From: Podarcis melisellensis
Lineage: Eukaryota
Strand: one strand, 5' to 3'
Length of the DNA: 64,000 nt
Assembly (NCBI GenBank): GCA_964234715.1
Contig: OZ174279.1
Below the pieces are notes generated by a model. The model did not search any database and had not been told where the DNA came from. It saw only the letters and a program-made list of their open reading frames with translations. Made by a program: the position numbers and the translations under genes. Positions 49,401 to 62,510 of the stretch are shown piece by piece. The stretch's first letter is position 1, and every line of letters begins with the position of its first letter.

Positions 49401-51206
49401 AAGAGACACAGCCAGGTAGCCCACCTTATTCAGGAGTTAAAATAACATGGTTTTGCTCTCAGAGAAAATCAAAACAACTCAAGATCAAAACCAGATTTCC
49501 CCAACCCTAACAGGACAGCCTCTCTACTCAGATAACTCTTGATCTAAGTGTGTAACAAGTAACTGGCTTTAATCCCTCAAAGTGATGGCGTTACAGATAA
49601 GTACCTTGCTAGTATCAGAGGTGTCTTGAATTTCAGAAATACACAAAAGTGTTAGCTAGAAAGAAAAACAAAACAGAAAAATCTCATCCGCATGACCTGT
49701 GTCTTTTGCTGAAAAGGTACAAAGCTCCAGCAACATAAAGAGGAAGCCTTTGAAAAAAGGGAGTGCAAATAAAAACAGCAGTCAGGTAATGAACAGGTAG
49801 TTCTTACGCCTGTTGCCTTTTGGTTATGTTAGAAGCTTTGTGAACCACTTTGTGTACAGCACTACACACATGTACATTACATGTGATGCAAAATATAATA
49901 AAAAAAAGCTGCTGTGTGAGCCTTTTGCATACATGCGCTCATAAATGTGGAGAAACTTATTTCTGGGAACCGTAATCTATGTATGCTCATATTAACACAG
50001 TACAGGCATTATATTTTGCATGGACAAAAAGGAATATCCCCCACATCCAAGTATCAAAGGTTGTGTTAATTGGAACACAAATGGAATCACACAAATGGAG
50101 GCTTTGCTTCTTACCCTAATCTGAATTGAGAAAGACAACCCAGCTACACACTAAGAAAAAGCTGGTCTGCTGCAAATACTGTATTCTCATTATTTGCTGT
50201 CAGTTTCAATGCTTTCCTTTAAGCACCAATCTTTACTGTGTGAAATATATGAAAATGCATTACCCTTCCACAGTGGGGCTTGTTATGACCACAAATCTCC
50301 TTGCAATGTAATGAAAGCCATCAAACCAGATAGATTATTATATTCAGAGAAGGACAGATGACAGGGGGTTGGTTTGAGGGTGAGGCAGTGAGAGAGGGTA
50401 GTGAGACAATGCATCAAGAGACACATTGCCACAAACTCCAGAAACTGTCTTTAGGAAATGAGGAAGCAAAATTGCAGGGAAGAGGCAGAGCGCCAGACTG
50501 CAGAAAGCATGTTTCCAGATTCCTTAGATGCAGCTTGTGACATCAGCAACCATAATAGTGCATGGAAGGCAAGGTATGTTAAAGCTTGAATTCCGATTTT
50601 GGCAACGATTTTCCTTATGTTGAATCAATGTTAAATCAATGTGTATGAACCAATTTGTTTCTGAGTATTGTTATAGACTAATAAAATTAGTATGTCCAAC
50701 AAATTATATAAAACAACTTGAGTATCTCCCTCCTCATAGCTACAAGATTTACATCAGCTGAACAGATTTACATTTCCTTGGACATGCCTAACATCCTTTC
50801 TGCTATTATATGCTTAACTTTATATGCTTAACTTTGTATACAAACCTTTCTCGGACAGGTGACTGTTAATTTACTCCATGAGTATCATACAGATATTGTA
50901 TTATTATTAATTTATATACTGCTTATATGCCAAACTGGTTTACTGTAGGTTGTGCAGGAATTTACAAGAAGATAATGGCATTTCTCACCAACTTTCCTCT
51001 CAGTGATCTCAATAAATTCTCTCTCACACTTTTGGAATTTGTGGCTGCTACAGAACAGGTTTGTTGATGTTCTTACCTGTGAAGATCTTATAATAACTGG
51101 AGTGGTAAATTACTTCTCATGCAAATGTATCTCCACCTGGTATTTGAATCTTTAATTACTCTGCTTCCATATACATATCCAAGTTAGCTGAGTGTTCATT
51201 AATGAC

Positions 51207-51460
51207 CTAGGACCAAATTCAATGGATTCAAGTTACAAGAAAGGAGATTCAAACTAAACATCAGGAAGAACTTTTTGATAGTAAAAGTTATTGGACAGTG
51301 GAACAGACTCCCACGAGTGGTGGAGGACTCTTCTTCCTTGGAGGTTTTTAAGCAGAGGCTGGATGGCCATTTTTCATGTGTTGCAATTCCTGCATTGCAG
51401 GGGGCTGGACTAGGGATCCCTTGGGATCCCTTCCAACTCTACAATTCTATGATTTTATGC
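51207..51460 (+). mobile_element. CR1 LINE 3' end
   Basis: ggattcaagttacaagaaaggagattc...cagtggaacagactccc...ttccaactctacaattctatgatt. Confidence 0.85.
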
Positions 51461-53374
51461 TGATGGCACCCTCCAGTTTTCTTAGCTCAATTTGATGTAT
51501 CTTTAATAACTCTTATTCTTTCATATCACACTTTTCCAGAATTTATTATAAATATAACAATTTATTTCAAATTCAGAGGTGAAAGAAGAGGTTTAACTTG
51601 GTCCTTGGTACTAGGAGACTGTGCAACTATGGAAAGTGTTGAATCAAATGGTATGTTACTTAACTAGTTGCTCTATTTGATGTGAAGACTGAAAACCACA
51701 CTTGTCTGTCTTAAGTTTGTTTTCAACTCTGCTTTATTGAAATAACATTGTCTGCAAGTTGTATTGCATTGAAGTCTACAATCATCATCAGGTCCAAAAG
51801 GATATTTAATACAGCCATTGCCATATACTACTGGAAACGTTGCAGCATATGGTTTAGCACCAGCTATTTTATTCCATTCAAAAACTGTAACAAAGACTGT
51901 ATCCCAACCTTTTCTTCTCACATTCTGAACATCTTGTGCATCTTTGATGATCATCTGACACATGAAGAATGTTTTGTTTTTCAGCTAGAAATGGTGTAGC
52001 ACGTAATAGATCCATTTCAAGGAAACGGTATGAAGAAAGTAGCTTTGCCAATATTTAGCTCCACTGACTCTGAAATAAAAAAGATGTCATTTGTATCGGG
52101 CATTTAAATTAATATTACAGTACAGCAATACAGCACTCCTGTTATCTGAATGCTTGTGACTGCCAAGGACTAGAAACAGACTTAGCTTCCCTGACAGTAT
52201 TTTTGAATGTATCCTTTTTTTTCTCCCACAAAAGGAAATGGTTGTACTTGGTAATAAGTTGCACAGAGAATAAAACTTGCCTTGGTCCATATTGACAGAG
52301 ATAGTGCAGAGGGAACAATGTATGTTTATTCACAAGGAACTTTGCAACATGTCCAACTTGCTGGATATTAATTATTTCCATTAGTTATTCCCTGCATCCT
52401 CCAGTATGTGAGTACAAAGGCTCAAGTGGAGTCTGCATGCTGGACAAGCAGGTGTCAATATCTACATATTCTGAGATCTTACAGGAATGGCCCGAAAGGC
52501 TCTGAAGACACATTTGTATCAAAATCAAGGTACATACTTTATTGTATCATTGCACTACTGTAGTTAGCTTGTGTGTCTATATGCTGTATTTCAGCAGGAA
52601 GCCAGTTAACAAACTGTGCTTACAAATCACATCTTCAGTGAGTTGGAGTTTGGCTGGTGGAAGCTAAGCAAGTCATGGGGACTGGATGAAGATATTCCTG
52701 CCCCCCCGCTCTGGTCTGTACAGCAACTTAAGGCAACTTGAAACGCTGGGGGGATGGGGATGGGGGAGAAGACAACCTCCTGGCGTTTTAAGCAGTGAAT
52801 GTGTACATAACCAGCACCTCCAACCATAAAATAGGTGTAAATTCTACCACAGGCTTTAATTTACTATGACACAAACCACGTCCTATTTCGGCATGTACAG
52901 AATTTTCTTGATTCTGAAACAACAGCCTGGGCAATGCACATCTTCTCTAGGGGGAACTGATCCTGTAGGAATTTATAAGACACAGGTTGCAGTCATATAT
53001 GCTTGAACACTTACCGGTACTTCAATGGGAAGTAAACAAGCACAGGATTGCACCACAGAGATAAAAAAAAGCTTAGCACTCATATAGAATTTCTGGCATG
53101 TTCAAAGCACATACACCGCCTCAGTTTTAATCATTATAACCCTGTGAAATATGTCAGTATGTTATTATCCCCCTATTGCAAAACGTGCTTGTGTGTCTAA
53201 AACATACTTGCCTACAACCCATGGAAAGGGAAGTGGCACGTTTCCCTAGCACATTCCTCTTTTATTGGCGTTTGGTCTGCAGACGTGGGTTTTGCCTGCA
53301 ACTGTACTTTTCCAGAATTTGAGAAGTTTGCGGATCGTAACATGACGATATGTTTCCTGAGGAGAGAAACGTGT

Positions 53375-54200
53375 CCCCGCCGTGCCAAAAGGGAGTCCCT
53401 CTGTTTCTTTCCCCCCTTTCTCACCCTGAAACCATCGCGGATCCAATGAACGCACTACCGAGGGCCGGTCTCCCGAGGGCGGGACGTACCCATGTGACTG
53501 ACCGACCAGGCGGGGAGGAACCGCCGCCCCCGACTAGCGGCGGCCTACCCGGGCCCAGCGGCGGCGGCGGCTCCGTTTCCGAGTCTGTCGCTGCCGGGCC
53601 CGGGCCGGCGAGGCCTCTGCTCCATGGGGAGGCCGGGCAGCCCCCCGCAGGCGGAGAGCCGCTGCCCGCTGTGGGCGCTGCCGGAGGAGCTGCTGCTGCT
53701 CATCTGCTCGTACCTGGACGCGCGGGCCTTGGGCCGCCTGGGCCAGACCTGCCGCCGCCTCTGCCGCTTCACTTGCCGGGATGCGCTGTGGAGGCGACTC
53801 GCCCGTTCCTGCCTCAACGCAGGCTTCAGCGCGCACGGCGCCGACCTGTAAGCGCCTGGGCTGGGGGAAAGCCGGCTGGGAAAACACGGGGCTTCGCGGC
53901 CTAGCTGGTTGCTAAGGGGCGCCCTTGTAACCAAGGCCACGCCCGCTCTGTCAGGGGAGGTGGGGGGTTCCTGAAGCGCCAGGGCCCGGCGAAGGAGGGA
54001 GGGAGGGAGGATGACCGCCGCGGATTCCCGCGGAGGAGTCCGGATGGCCTGGCGGAGGGGCGGAGATCTGGTTGGGGGCTCGTAATGGGCGCGAAGCAGC
54101 CTGGGATACACAGTCAATTCAGGGGCCGAACTGTGCTTCGTTTTGTTGTCCCGGGACGTACTGCCCTTAGGTACTTTATTAGACACGGTATGTTGTGTCC
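53375..54200. promoter_or_regulatory. CpG island / FBXW4 promoter
   Basis: Abrupt GC- and CpG-rich segment in CpG-poor surroundings; CCAAT 53443-53447, GC box GGGCGG 53477-53482, E-box CATGTGAC 53491-53498. Confidence 0.88.
53624..53847 (+). CDS. FBXW4: F-box/WD repeat-containing protein 4 (dactylin), first coding exon encoding the F-box; exon 2 not found in the window
   Basis: MGRPGSPPQAESRCPLWALPEELLLLICSYLDARALGRLGQTCRRLCRFTCRDALWRRLARSCLNAGFSAHGAD(L) matches the FBXW4 F-box (LPEELLLLICSYLD...LWRR). GTAAGC donor at 53848 (phase 2). Lies in a CpG island downstream of FGF8, as in other vertebrates. Confidence 0.93.
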
Positions 54201-56181
54201 TGGACTCATTGATCTGTGCCATCCAATGTTAAATCCCACAATCTTGCAAGGGACCCAGGCTTTTAGGACATCTATTACTGTGACAGTGGATGCCAAGTTT
54301 TGGATAGCAGACACGGCGCCTGTTTTCAATACAATTTAACATTGGAGGCACGCTTTAGGCAACACTGAAAAAGATGTAGATCTGGGCTTGTCCCTTTCTA
54401 CTCTACAATTGTGTGATTATATATGCATCCAGAATAAAGCGGGGGGGGGGGGCTTCCTTCTGGCAGTAAATCCCATTGACATCAGTCTCTCTTTGAACTC
54501 GGTTGCGTTGTCTGTTGGGTTGTACAGCCCTGGTTCTGAACAGAAGGCAACACTTTGAGACCCAGGGATGCCTAATAGCCCTTGGGTCTAGTTGCATTTC
54601 CATGTGACATCCCAAAGTGCCTTGAGTCTCAAGTAGGGCATTTCTTAATAATTTATAACCTGATACAGAAAGTGGAAGAAAAGTGAGTTTACTTCTTTGT
54701 CAGCAGGGACCTTTCAGTTTTAATATGCAGGAAATTTAAAGGTCGATTAAAGGTGTTGTGTATTCCTGTTGCCATGGTAGTAGTTGTGGGCCTCCTGTGA
54801 TTACTCGGGATACTCTGTGCCCCTCAAGTGTAGCAAGGCTGGAATCACAACTGAATTAGATTGGTTCTTTTCTGACCTATGCTTAATTACTGATTAGTAT
54901 GTTTAAGTTCTACTCAAACTCTACTTAAGGGATGGAGTTAATGCAAAATTACAATGTTAAAACAATGCACTTAATATACATCAGCACATAACTTACTGTG
55001 TTCCTGATTTGCTTTATCTTCCTTTACCCTGTCCTCCGGGTTTGCTTCTGAAGTGCACAAACTGGGAAGTGTATAATGTTGCACTTTCATGCGCATGGAT
55101 CATTGCATTTGTAATTGTGTGGGAAACAAACTGCCAATATCATCAACATGTGGTGAGGAAAATTTCACTACTTCCCTGCCTCCTTTGTTTTCTGAAGAAA
55201 TGTGTGACATAAATTGCCCCATGATGTAGCTGGATGCAACAGATGCAGCATAGCATCTAAATAGTTTACATTTCAGCTGGTAACTGTCCAGCTGAAATGT
55301 TCATGTAGATGCTATGCTATATATTTAATAAAACCCAGTTTACTAGTAGTGACAATTGAATCAATGGTATTTTGTGAAGGAGGCTATAGCTCCATACATC
55401 TCATATATGCAGACCCCTAGTTCAATCGTTGGCATCTCTAGCTACATCTGAAGTAGTAGGTTGGAGAGAAACTCCTTCTTGAGACATTGAAGAGCTGTTG
55501 ACAGTCCATGTTGATCAGGCAACAGCTGGTCTGCTTGTTCTCGTTTGAGGGTTTCATTCACCTTTGGCCAACTCTTTGGGGACTAATGCCAGTGGTGGAT
55601 GTGACCTAAAGCGAGAATGGTCATCTCAGACTCCCACACATGCACACTCTCCCTTGTACGTGCATACACAGGACAAACACACAGCTTTGTATCCTGGTTA
55701 AAGGATTAGTGGTAACTGGTGAATGCTGGTGTTGACATATCCCTTAATAGTAGTTAAGCGGAGAGAAAGTTGTCTTTCTTTGATTTCTTAACCATATTAA
55801 AACTATATACCGGTAAGCTCTTTTGGTATTTAAAAACTTATGTGGTATTTTATTTATTTATAATAAGTATTTCTGTACTGGCGTATCATAAAATATATCA
55901 AGGTGGTGTACACTATAAGACACAATTTAATATTCTCACTTAATATTAAAGATACAGATAATCATTCAGGTGACTTAGTAAAAAAAAACAAAAAACAGCT
56001 GCAAGGCCTGTCAGCACAAGAGCCTTCAAGAGATGCCTGAAAGTGAGAATGCCTGAAAGTGCCGAATCATTGCTGGAAGAATTTTCCACAGTATTGGACA
56101 GATGACACTAAATGCCCAACTCTAGCTGAGACCAGTTGGGCCTCTGTAACGTGGGGGACGATGAACACCATTCCTCCATAT

Positions 56182-56317
56182 CAGACTTCCTCAACCCCGG
56201 CCCTCCAGATGTTTTTGGTCTACAACTCCCATGATCCCTAGCTAGCAGGACCAGTGGTCAGGAATGATGGGAATTGTAGTCTCAAAACATCTGGAGGGCT
56301 GAGGTTGAGAAAGCCTG
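56182..56317. mobile_element. Palindromic hAT-type MITE (136 bp)
   Basis: TIR CAGACTTCCTCAACC / GGTTGAGAAAGCCTG; TSD CTCCATAT / CTCCAGAT (7/8); same family as 8696-8831. Confidence 0.88.
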
Positions 56318-56360
56318 CTCCAGATGATCTCACTTTTTCACCAGATGAACTCGTCTCTGG

Positions 56361-56430
56361 ATCATAGAATCATAGAGTTGGAAGAGACCACAAGGGCCAT
56401 CGAGTCCAACCCCCTGCCAAGCAGGAAACA
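56361..56430 (-). mobile_element. Short CR1 3' tail
   Basis: atcatagaatcatagagttggaag, i.e. the reverse ATTCTATG repeat tail. Confidence 0.7.
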
Positions 56431-57879
56431 ATGGATGATTTTCATTAATTTGTTTTGGTGTTTTTCTTAGATAAATTTTTAATAAATCCAATCTTTCATT
56501 TGAGTGTATCTTATAAGGTTCATAGGAGCAGAACCTGAAGTGTTTAAAAAAATCTGATGCATTTGAATTAAAAACACCAAAATCTTCAGTTAATCATGAG
56601 CCAAGAACCATGAAATAATTATTAAAGTTGAAACAGATTCTACTGGGCCCGACTAACATTAGTTGGATGGCCCTGAACAGTTTAAAGATAGCTTTAGAAC
56701 TTAATGCTCTTTCCAAAAAATCCCCTATTATGCTAATCTGTTTAAAAATGTTCCTGAATGGAAAACCAAGGAGACACATCAAGACCTGGGGTTGTGGGAG
56801 GTAGTAAAGGAAATTCCCTTTGCACTAGTGTCTTGGGCGATAGTACATTGAAATCGGCAGGGGTGAGGGCTGTAGGATTGTTGTATCTTTCAGCACCTGG
56901 GATCTGCTTGCTGTGCTATATTGTCCTTCCTTCTGAGGAAATGAATTTTTGTATTTTTTCATTAACTATAAGCTCTACATTGGATGCAGGAGGGGGTCAG
57001 GTATACAGCATAACAGGTGCAGTAGTTGGTAGGGTCTCTACTCTTATTTCTAAAGTGAAAGGCTGAACAATAATCTGAAATTTCAGTCAACTGAGGAAAG
57101 TGTACAAATGAAAGCATATATAAACCTCTCGAGGTAACTTTAAATGTTCACTAGCTTTTCTTAAAGACTTTTTTTGATTGCATTTTCCTATTGTATTGTG
57201 GACTCTTAAAATACCTCAATAGCATTATGAGTGTGACTGTGTGAAGAGGGATGGAAAAATGTTTAGAATTGGCCTCTTCCTGTATTTTGCTTCTTATCCC
57301 TGGGCATTATAAGGCTTCCTAGATTTGAGCACATTGTGTGATAGTAGTACTGGGGTTTTTTTTGCCTGTGGTCAGAGAGTGAACTGGTTATATGCTTCTT
57401 AGCTTGCAGTAGAAGACATGTACAGTAATACACTGTACAGCATACACTAGTCTTTGGACTTGGGTTTGATACCCCTGCCAGCGAACACTACCTATAACCA
57501 CTTTCCTCCCACATAACAGATGCATATCATGGGGCAGATGGAGCTATGGGTGGGATAAGGTGGGCCCACAGTTACAATGAAGCAGACAACAACTTTGAAT
57601 TTCTCAGATCTTGTGTGCGGGTGCAAGATGGTGACTAGGGGTTGGCAGTTGTGTATTAATTTTAGGTATAGTTATGTAGGTTTATATCTGTCTTGTTTAA
57701 GGACTTCAGAAAGGAACAAGTTTTGAAAATAAGTTGTGGTAGTCAGAGTCACAGCTACAGGTTTCAAATTTGTTTGTTTGTTTGTTTTAATATTGCTTTC
57801 AACATTAGTTTTGGACTTTTGAGCTAACACCTCTCCAAATCCGACCATATGGGATTATTTCCAGCTAATCTCTAATATT

Positions 57880-57985
57880 CTATATTCTTGGATGAGGTTC
57901 TTGAGTATGTAGTGGCACCTCAGCTCCAGGTGTTCTTGGATGAGGTGAATTATCTAGATCCATTTCAAACCAGCTTTAGGCTGCA
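57880..57985 (+). mobile_element. L2 RT fragment
   Basis: Encodes LEYVVAPQLQVFLDEVNYLDPFQTSFR, similar to the L2 ..YLDPFQSGFR motif. Confidence 0.65.
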
Positions 57986-58363
57986 TTTGACAGGAAGCTG
58001 AGAGATGGCTGCTGTTCTAGATGGCTGCTATTCTAGATGGCTGCTACTAGGCCAACTTCTTTCCAGAGAAGATCCATGGGAGCCCCTTCTCTGCTGAATT
58101 TTAGCTGGCAGGCAATTACATACTTATTCTGACATGTAATCAATTACATATTTATTCAAATATACCTTTGGCCTCTATTATTATTTACTGGATTTCTTAC
58201 CTGTCCTTCACCATAAGGTCACAGGGTGGGCAACAACAATATAAAAAGACAATATTAAAATCAGTTGAAACGATTTTGATTCAGAAGCATAAGGTGGGCC
58301 CTAATATGTGTGTATATATATCATGTGTCAAAAGTAATGGTAAAGACTTGTGTTTTCAGTATA

Positions 58364-58604
58364 CAGTGGTACCTCGGGTTACATACGCTTCAGGTTACAT
58401 ACGCTTCAGGGTACAGACTCCACAAACCCAGAAATATTACCTCGGGTTAAGAACTTTGCTTCAGGATGAGAACAGAAATCGTGCTCCGGCGGCGCGGCAG
58501 CAGCAGGAGGCCCCATTAGCTAAAGTGGTCTTCAGGTTAAGAACAGTTTCAGGTTAAGAACGGACCTCCAGAACGAATTAAATACTTAACCTGGGGTACC
58601 ACTG
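58364..58604 (+). mobile_element. pogo/Tigger-like MITE, family A (241 bp), inside a minus-strand L2-like remnant (~58170-58850)
   Basis: TA-flanked TIR CAGTGGTACCTC / GGGGTACCACTG; internal GGTTAAGAAC and GGTTACATACGCTTCAG repeats. Confidence 0.9.
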
Positions 58605-60652
58605 TATGGCAAAAACTATATAGTGAAGGTGTCAGGTGCACCTCTGTGCTTAGGAGCTGCCACAGAGAATGCCTTCTCCCATTCTGTACCCCCACCTATG
58701 TATGAGTGTGGCAGAACTATGAAGAGGGTTCCTAAACAACAGCTGAGGGAGTTCTGTAGGAAAGGAGATGGTCTTTCAGATATTTGGGGCTCTAGTCATT
58801 TAGGTCTTTAGAAGTAATATAAGCACCTTCAGTTGGGCCCAGAAATTAACTAACATCTATAAGCTCACTAGTTTTGCCAGTGTAAATGTTGCAGTTTGCT
58901 CAACAGCCAGTTTTGTTTGTTGGTTTTACAGATGCTTTACCTATGTGTGCTAATGTTTTGCTATTTTATATTTTACTTGTTTTTTACTGTTAGCTAGCCA
59001 CCATGAGCCCTGTCTGGTGGAATGACAGCATGCAAACAAACAAACAAATAAGCAGTGTACTGGTCTTGGAGGTTATCGTCTCACTTAGCCAAGGGTTTGA
59101 TGGTGTTGTGGTCAGGTTTCTCTACTTTGACATTTTTTTGTCAGAGTTTTAAAATGGAAATTACACTTTGCGTATTACATTATAAGTTTTATTTTGTTTC
59201 CAAAAGCCTAGGAGAGGGAGACATTGGCAGAGTATCCTTGCTGGCTATTCCTGCACAAGGATGAAAATTATCTCAGAACACCTTGGTACAGTCATCAAGA
59301 GTTGGATGCCTCAGGTTTCCAGCCTTGTGCATGACTACGAATGCTTTCCTGTTGTACTGGAGGTGCCCATCTAATAATTGTAGAATGCCATTTGCCCTCT
59401 ATGTGAGCATACATTGTGGCTTCTGCTCTCTCTCTTTATCCTTTGAATTCCTAGGAGACCAGCATGGAATGAGCTTCTGTACTGTGCACAGCTGTGTATT
59501 GCAGGTGGGGTAGATTGATTAAGGTATTTGTCTCTAACTTGATCTATGGTGGATTGTGCAGTGTTCTAACAAACCGGGTAAAAAAACATCTCTAAATGTC
59601 CACATGAGTATTTGAACTTACTATTAAGTATGGAATTTGCAGTACTTGATTCAGAGCACATGGGAGCTAGGAAGCCAAGGTTCACAACTGTATTTATTGT
59701 CGTCTTCAGAAGTTTGCAAAAGGTTTTGTTTAACAGTTTCTGTGTGATGATAAAAACTGAGTTTAGCATTTCTTTAAAGGCGGTGGCAGGGAGAAAGAGG
59801 TTGTGATCAATCACCTGCAGGAGCAGGAAAGGGCCATTTGATTTTAATATAGTTTGCCCAAATGTACATTGCAGCAGGAAGAGAGGTCTTGTATTACAGT
59901 ATGTGCACGTGGTGACTGAGTGCATAATTTGAAAGAATTGTATGCTGCCCTTCAGTAACCAAAAGTCTGTAAGAAAGTTCCCTTCAGATCTTGTAAAGCA
60001 ACATCTCTAAAGTGCTTCCTGGTGTTGTCAGAAATGATGAGCCCCCTTCCCTGAACGCCAGAGCATTCTTTGCCATTGCGGTTTTATGACCAGCAATGTG
60101 GTAGTTAACTTGGACTCTGTTTTATTCATCGTACACCTTCTTGTCATCTTACTCTTGGCCTTAGCTCTGCCTTTTAAACTTGCCTATTCGGAAATAAAAA
60201 TATACCTGGGGTGAGCTGTAGCTGAGTGGTGGAACATAGTGTTTTGTTTTTTAAGCAAACACCCTGCACCTGAGCATCCTTGTTTGGAAATAAATTGTCT
60301 CATTTTGATAGGACTTGCTTCCAGACTGAAAGAGCTATGACATACAGTTTCCAGGCTACATATAGCTCAAATGCATTTTAGTGTCATCCATGGATTTTTA
60401 CAAGAATTTTGATCATACCAAGGTTATATAACATCAATAAAATAAGATTTATTAAAGATTAAATTAAAATAATTATTGTGAAGATATGTTTCAAATGTGA
60501 TGGTGTTATGAGATGTTTGGCTTCGAAATAAGGAGACAAATAAAAATAATTTGACTCCTTACCATACTTTACAAACCGTTTTAGGCCTATGTCAGATTAC
60601 CCAAGGGGCTAATAGATTGCTGGTATATACTATTGCATTATATCTATAACAG

Positions 60653-61036
60653 TGGAAAGCGAAATGCCGGTGGACAACAAAAGACGTTTAAAGACTCTCT
60701 CAAGGCAAATCTTTAAAAATGCAGTATAAGCCCAGATAATTGGGAACATTGGCCTGCAAGCGCTCCAGTTGAAGAATAGCCTCTACCAAATGTGTCATGG
60801 TCTTTGAAGAAGCTTGAACTCAGGACAAAAAGAAGAAACATGCTAAGAGGAAGGCACGTTTGGCCAATCCTCACCATGATCAACTTCCACCTGGAAACCT
60901 ATGTCCCTAGTTTTGAAGGACATGTGGATCCAGAATTGGCCTCCACAGTCGCTTATGGACACACTGTTAAGACCATATCCATGGAAGACAATCTTACTTG
61001 GCTATGAGTAATCGCCAAAGAAAGGAGAAAGAAGAT
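60653..61036 (+). mobile_element. RTE-clade LINE 3' end (decayed)
   Basis: GKRNAGGQQKTFKDSLKANL...AKRKARLANPHHDQLPPGNLCP..RTCGSRIGLHS.LWTHC: the RTE C-terminal region with a degenerate zinc-finger-like end, followed by a (GAA)-like tail. Confidence 0.8.
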
Positions 61037-62412
61037 GTAGTTAGAATAGCTTTTTGATGTGGTATCTGTCTAAGGTGACTCTTGGTGCTGAATAAATCGA
61101 CTAGTGTTGTAAGCGGGTGACTAAAGTAAGAGATAAATATGTAGGGTCAATAAGGTGATAATATCTTCATTTCTTACACATTGCTTCAGATTCTAACGCA
61201 AGAAATCTATAGCTTAAAAGGGGAACATTAACATTAAATCTTGTGTCTGTGTACTATGTACTGTACTCTGCATTGCTTTCCCCTCCTATGTTTTTACCAG
61301 TTTAGGACATCTGGCTGCTTAAACATGGATTCTAGGAAAATAAAGAAAAAGAAATATTTCTGAGCTAGATTGATAGCTCTTCAGAGTGACAGAGTGGATA
61401 AATGGTAGATAAGAAAGCTCCTGTCTCTTCATAATGTGGACAGCATAATGCCTGAGGGCATAGAGGGCCAGCGCTCCTATTTGGTTCAAGTACAATCCTG
61501 TCTCTGTAAGCATCCCAAAATGGTTTAGGTTTAGGCTTATTTGTTGTGTTAGCACCATAGGAGGAAAGAGGCAGGGTATGGTAATAACTTCCAAGTCAGC
61601 TTTTGCTGGTGGGCATGTGCAGACAATCCTTTAAATCTGGAAAGCTGGCGCATTCCCTAGTGGAAGTAGATCCAATAAAAGACTTGTAGAGCTGGCTTGG
61701 ATGTCACAGTAAATCATGGTTTGTTATGATAGGAACAAACTGTAGTGATTTTGGAGCTCACACACAATTCCCTTCTCTTATTCTTTGCAATGACTGTAAA
61801 AAGAGGATTGGAAGCCGCAGTTTTTTTTCTAAACTGTGGTTGTTTCATCTGAAACCAAGAAACAGTAGTTAATCTAATTATGGCTTGTTTCAGCAAACAA
61901 CACTTAAGATTACCCACTGTTTAGAGTTTGGATGTAACACTTAACTGTGGTTAATCAAAATAGAAGTGAAAGTTTCTTACCTCATTTTTGCAGTCGTGTT
62001 TGGGGAGGAACGTGAAAGCGTTTTCTGGCTTGTTCTTAGCACGAGAAACTATGGTTTATTGCAGCGTCCACAAAATGGCCTCACACTGGTGCTTATACTG
62101 ACTTTTGGCTCTGAGAAGAGCCAAAAAAATTATTATTTGAAATAATCAAATATCAGTGCAGTTAAAAAACCACAATAAAAGAGTTGAAGAAAATACAGCA
62201 GAGCAAAAATGTCTCAACCTCTTGTCTAAAGGACAGGAGAGAAGGAGCCTGTCTAATTTGCTTTGGGAGAGAGTTCTACATTTGGGGAGCTGCCACTGTA
62301 AAGGTTCTAAGTACTGTAAGCAAATTACACTAGTGCTTCGCCAACTACAGTTGCTCCTGATCCATTTCCAGGCACAATTTGAAGGCTCGGGATCAGGATA
62401 CCTAAAGGGTAT

Positions 62413-62510
62413 CCTGTCTCCATATGTGCCTACTTGGGACCTAAGATCTTCATATGTGCCTACTTGGGACCTGTCTCCATATGTGCCTACTTGGGACCTA
62501 AGATCTTCAT
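62413..62510. repeat. Complex tandem duplication (57-bp period; three copies of CATATGTGCCTACTTGGGACCT) inside an L2 remnant
   Basis: Direct reading; flanks resemble the L2 3' ORF (GSGYLKG.LSPYVP...LRSS). Confidence 0.9.

Noticed and set aside
53545-54222. 225-aa minus-strand ORF and other long ORFs over the CpG island
   Set aside because: Expected stop-codon depletion in GC-rich DNA antisense to a real exon; no recognisable domain.
62413-62510. CRISPR-like repeat-spacer appearance
   Set aside because: Spacers are only 5-8 bp and repeat themselves, there are no cas genes, and the context is a eukaryotic intron; it is a local duplication.
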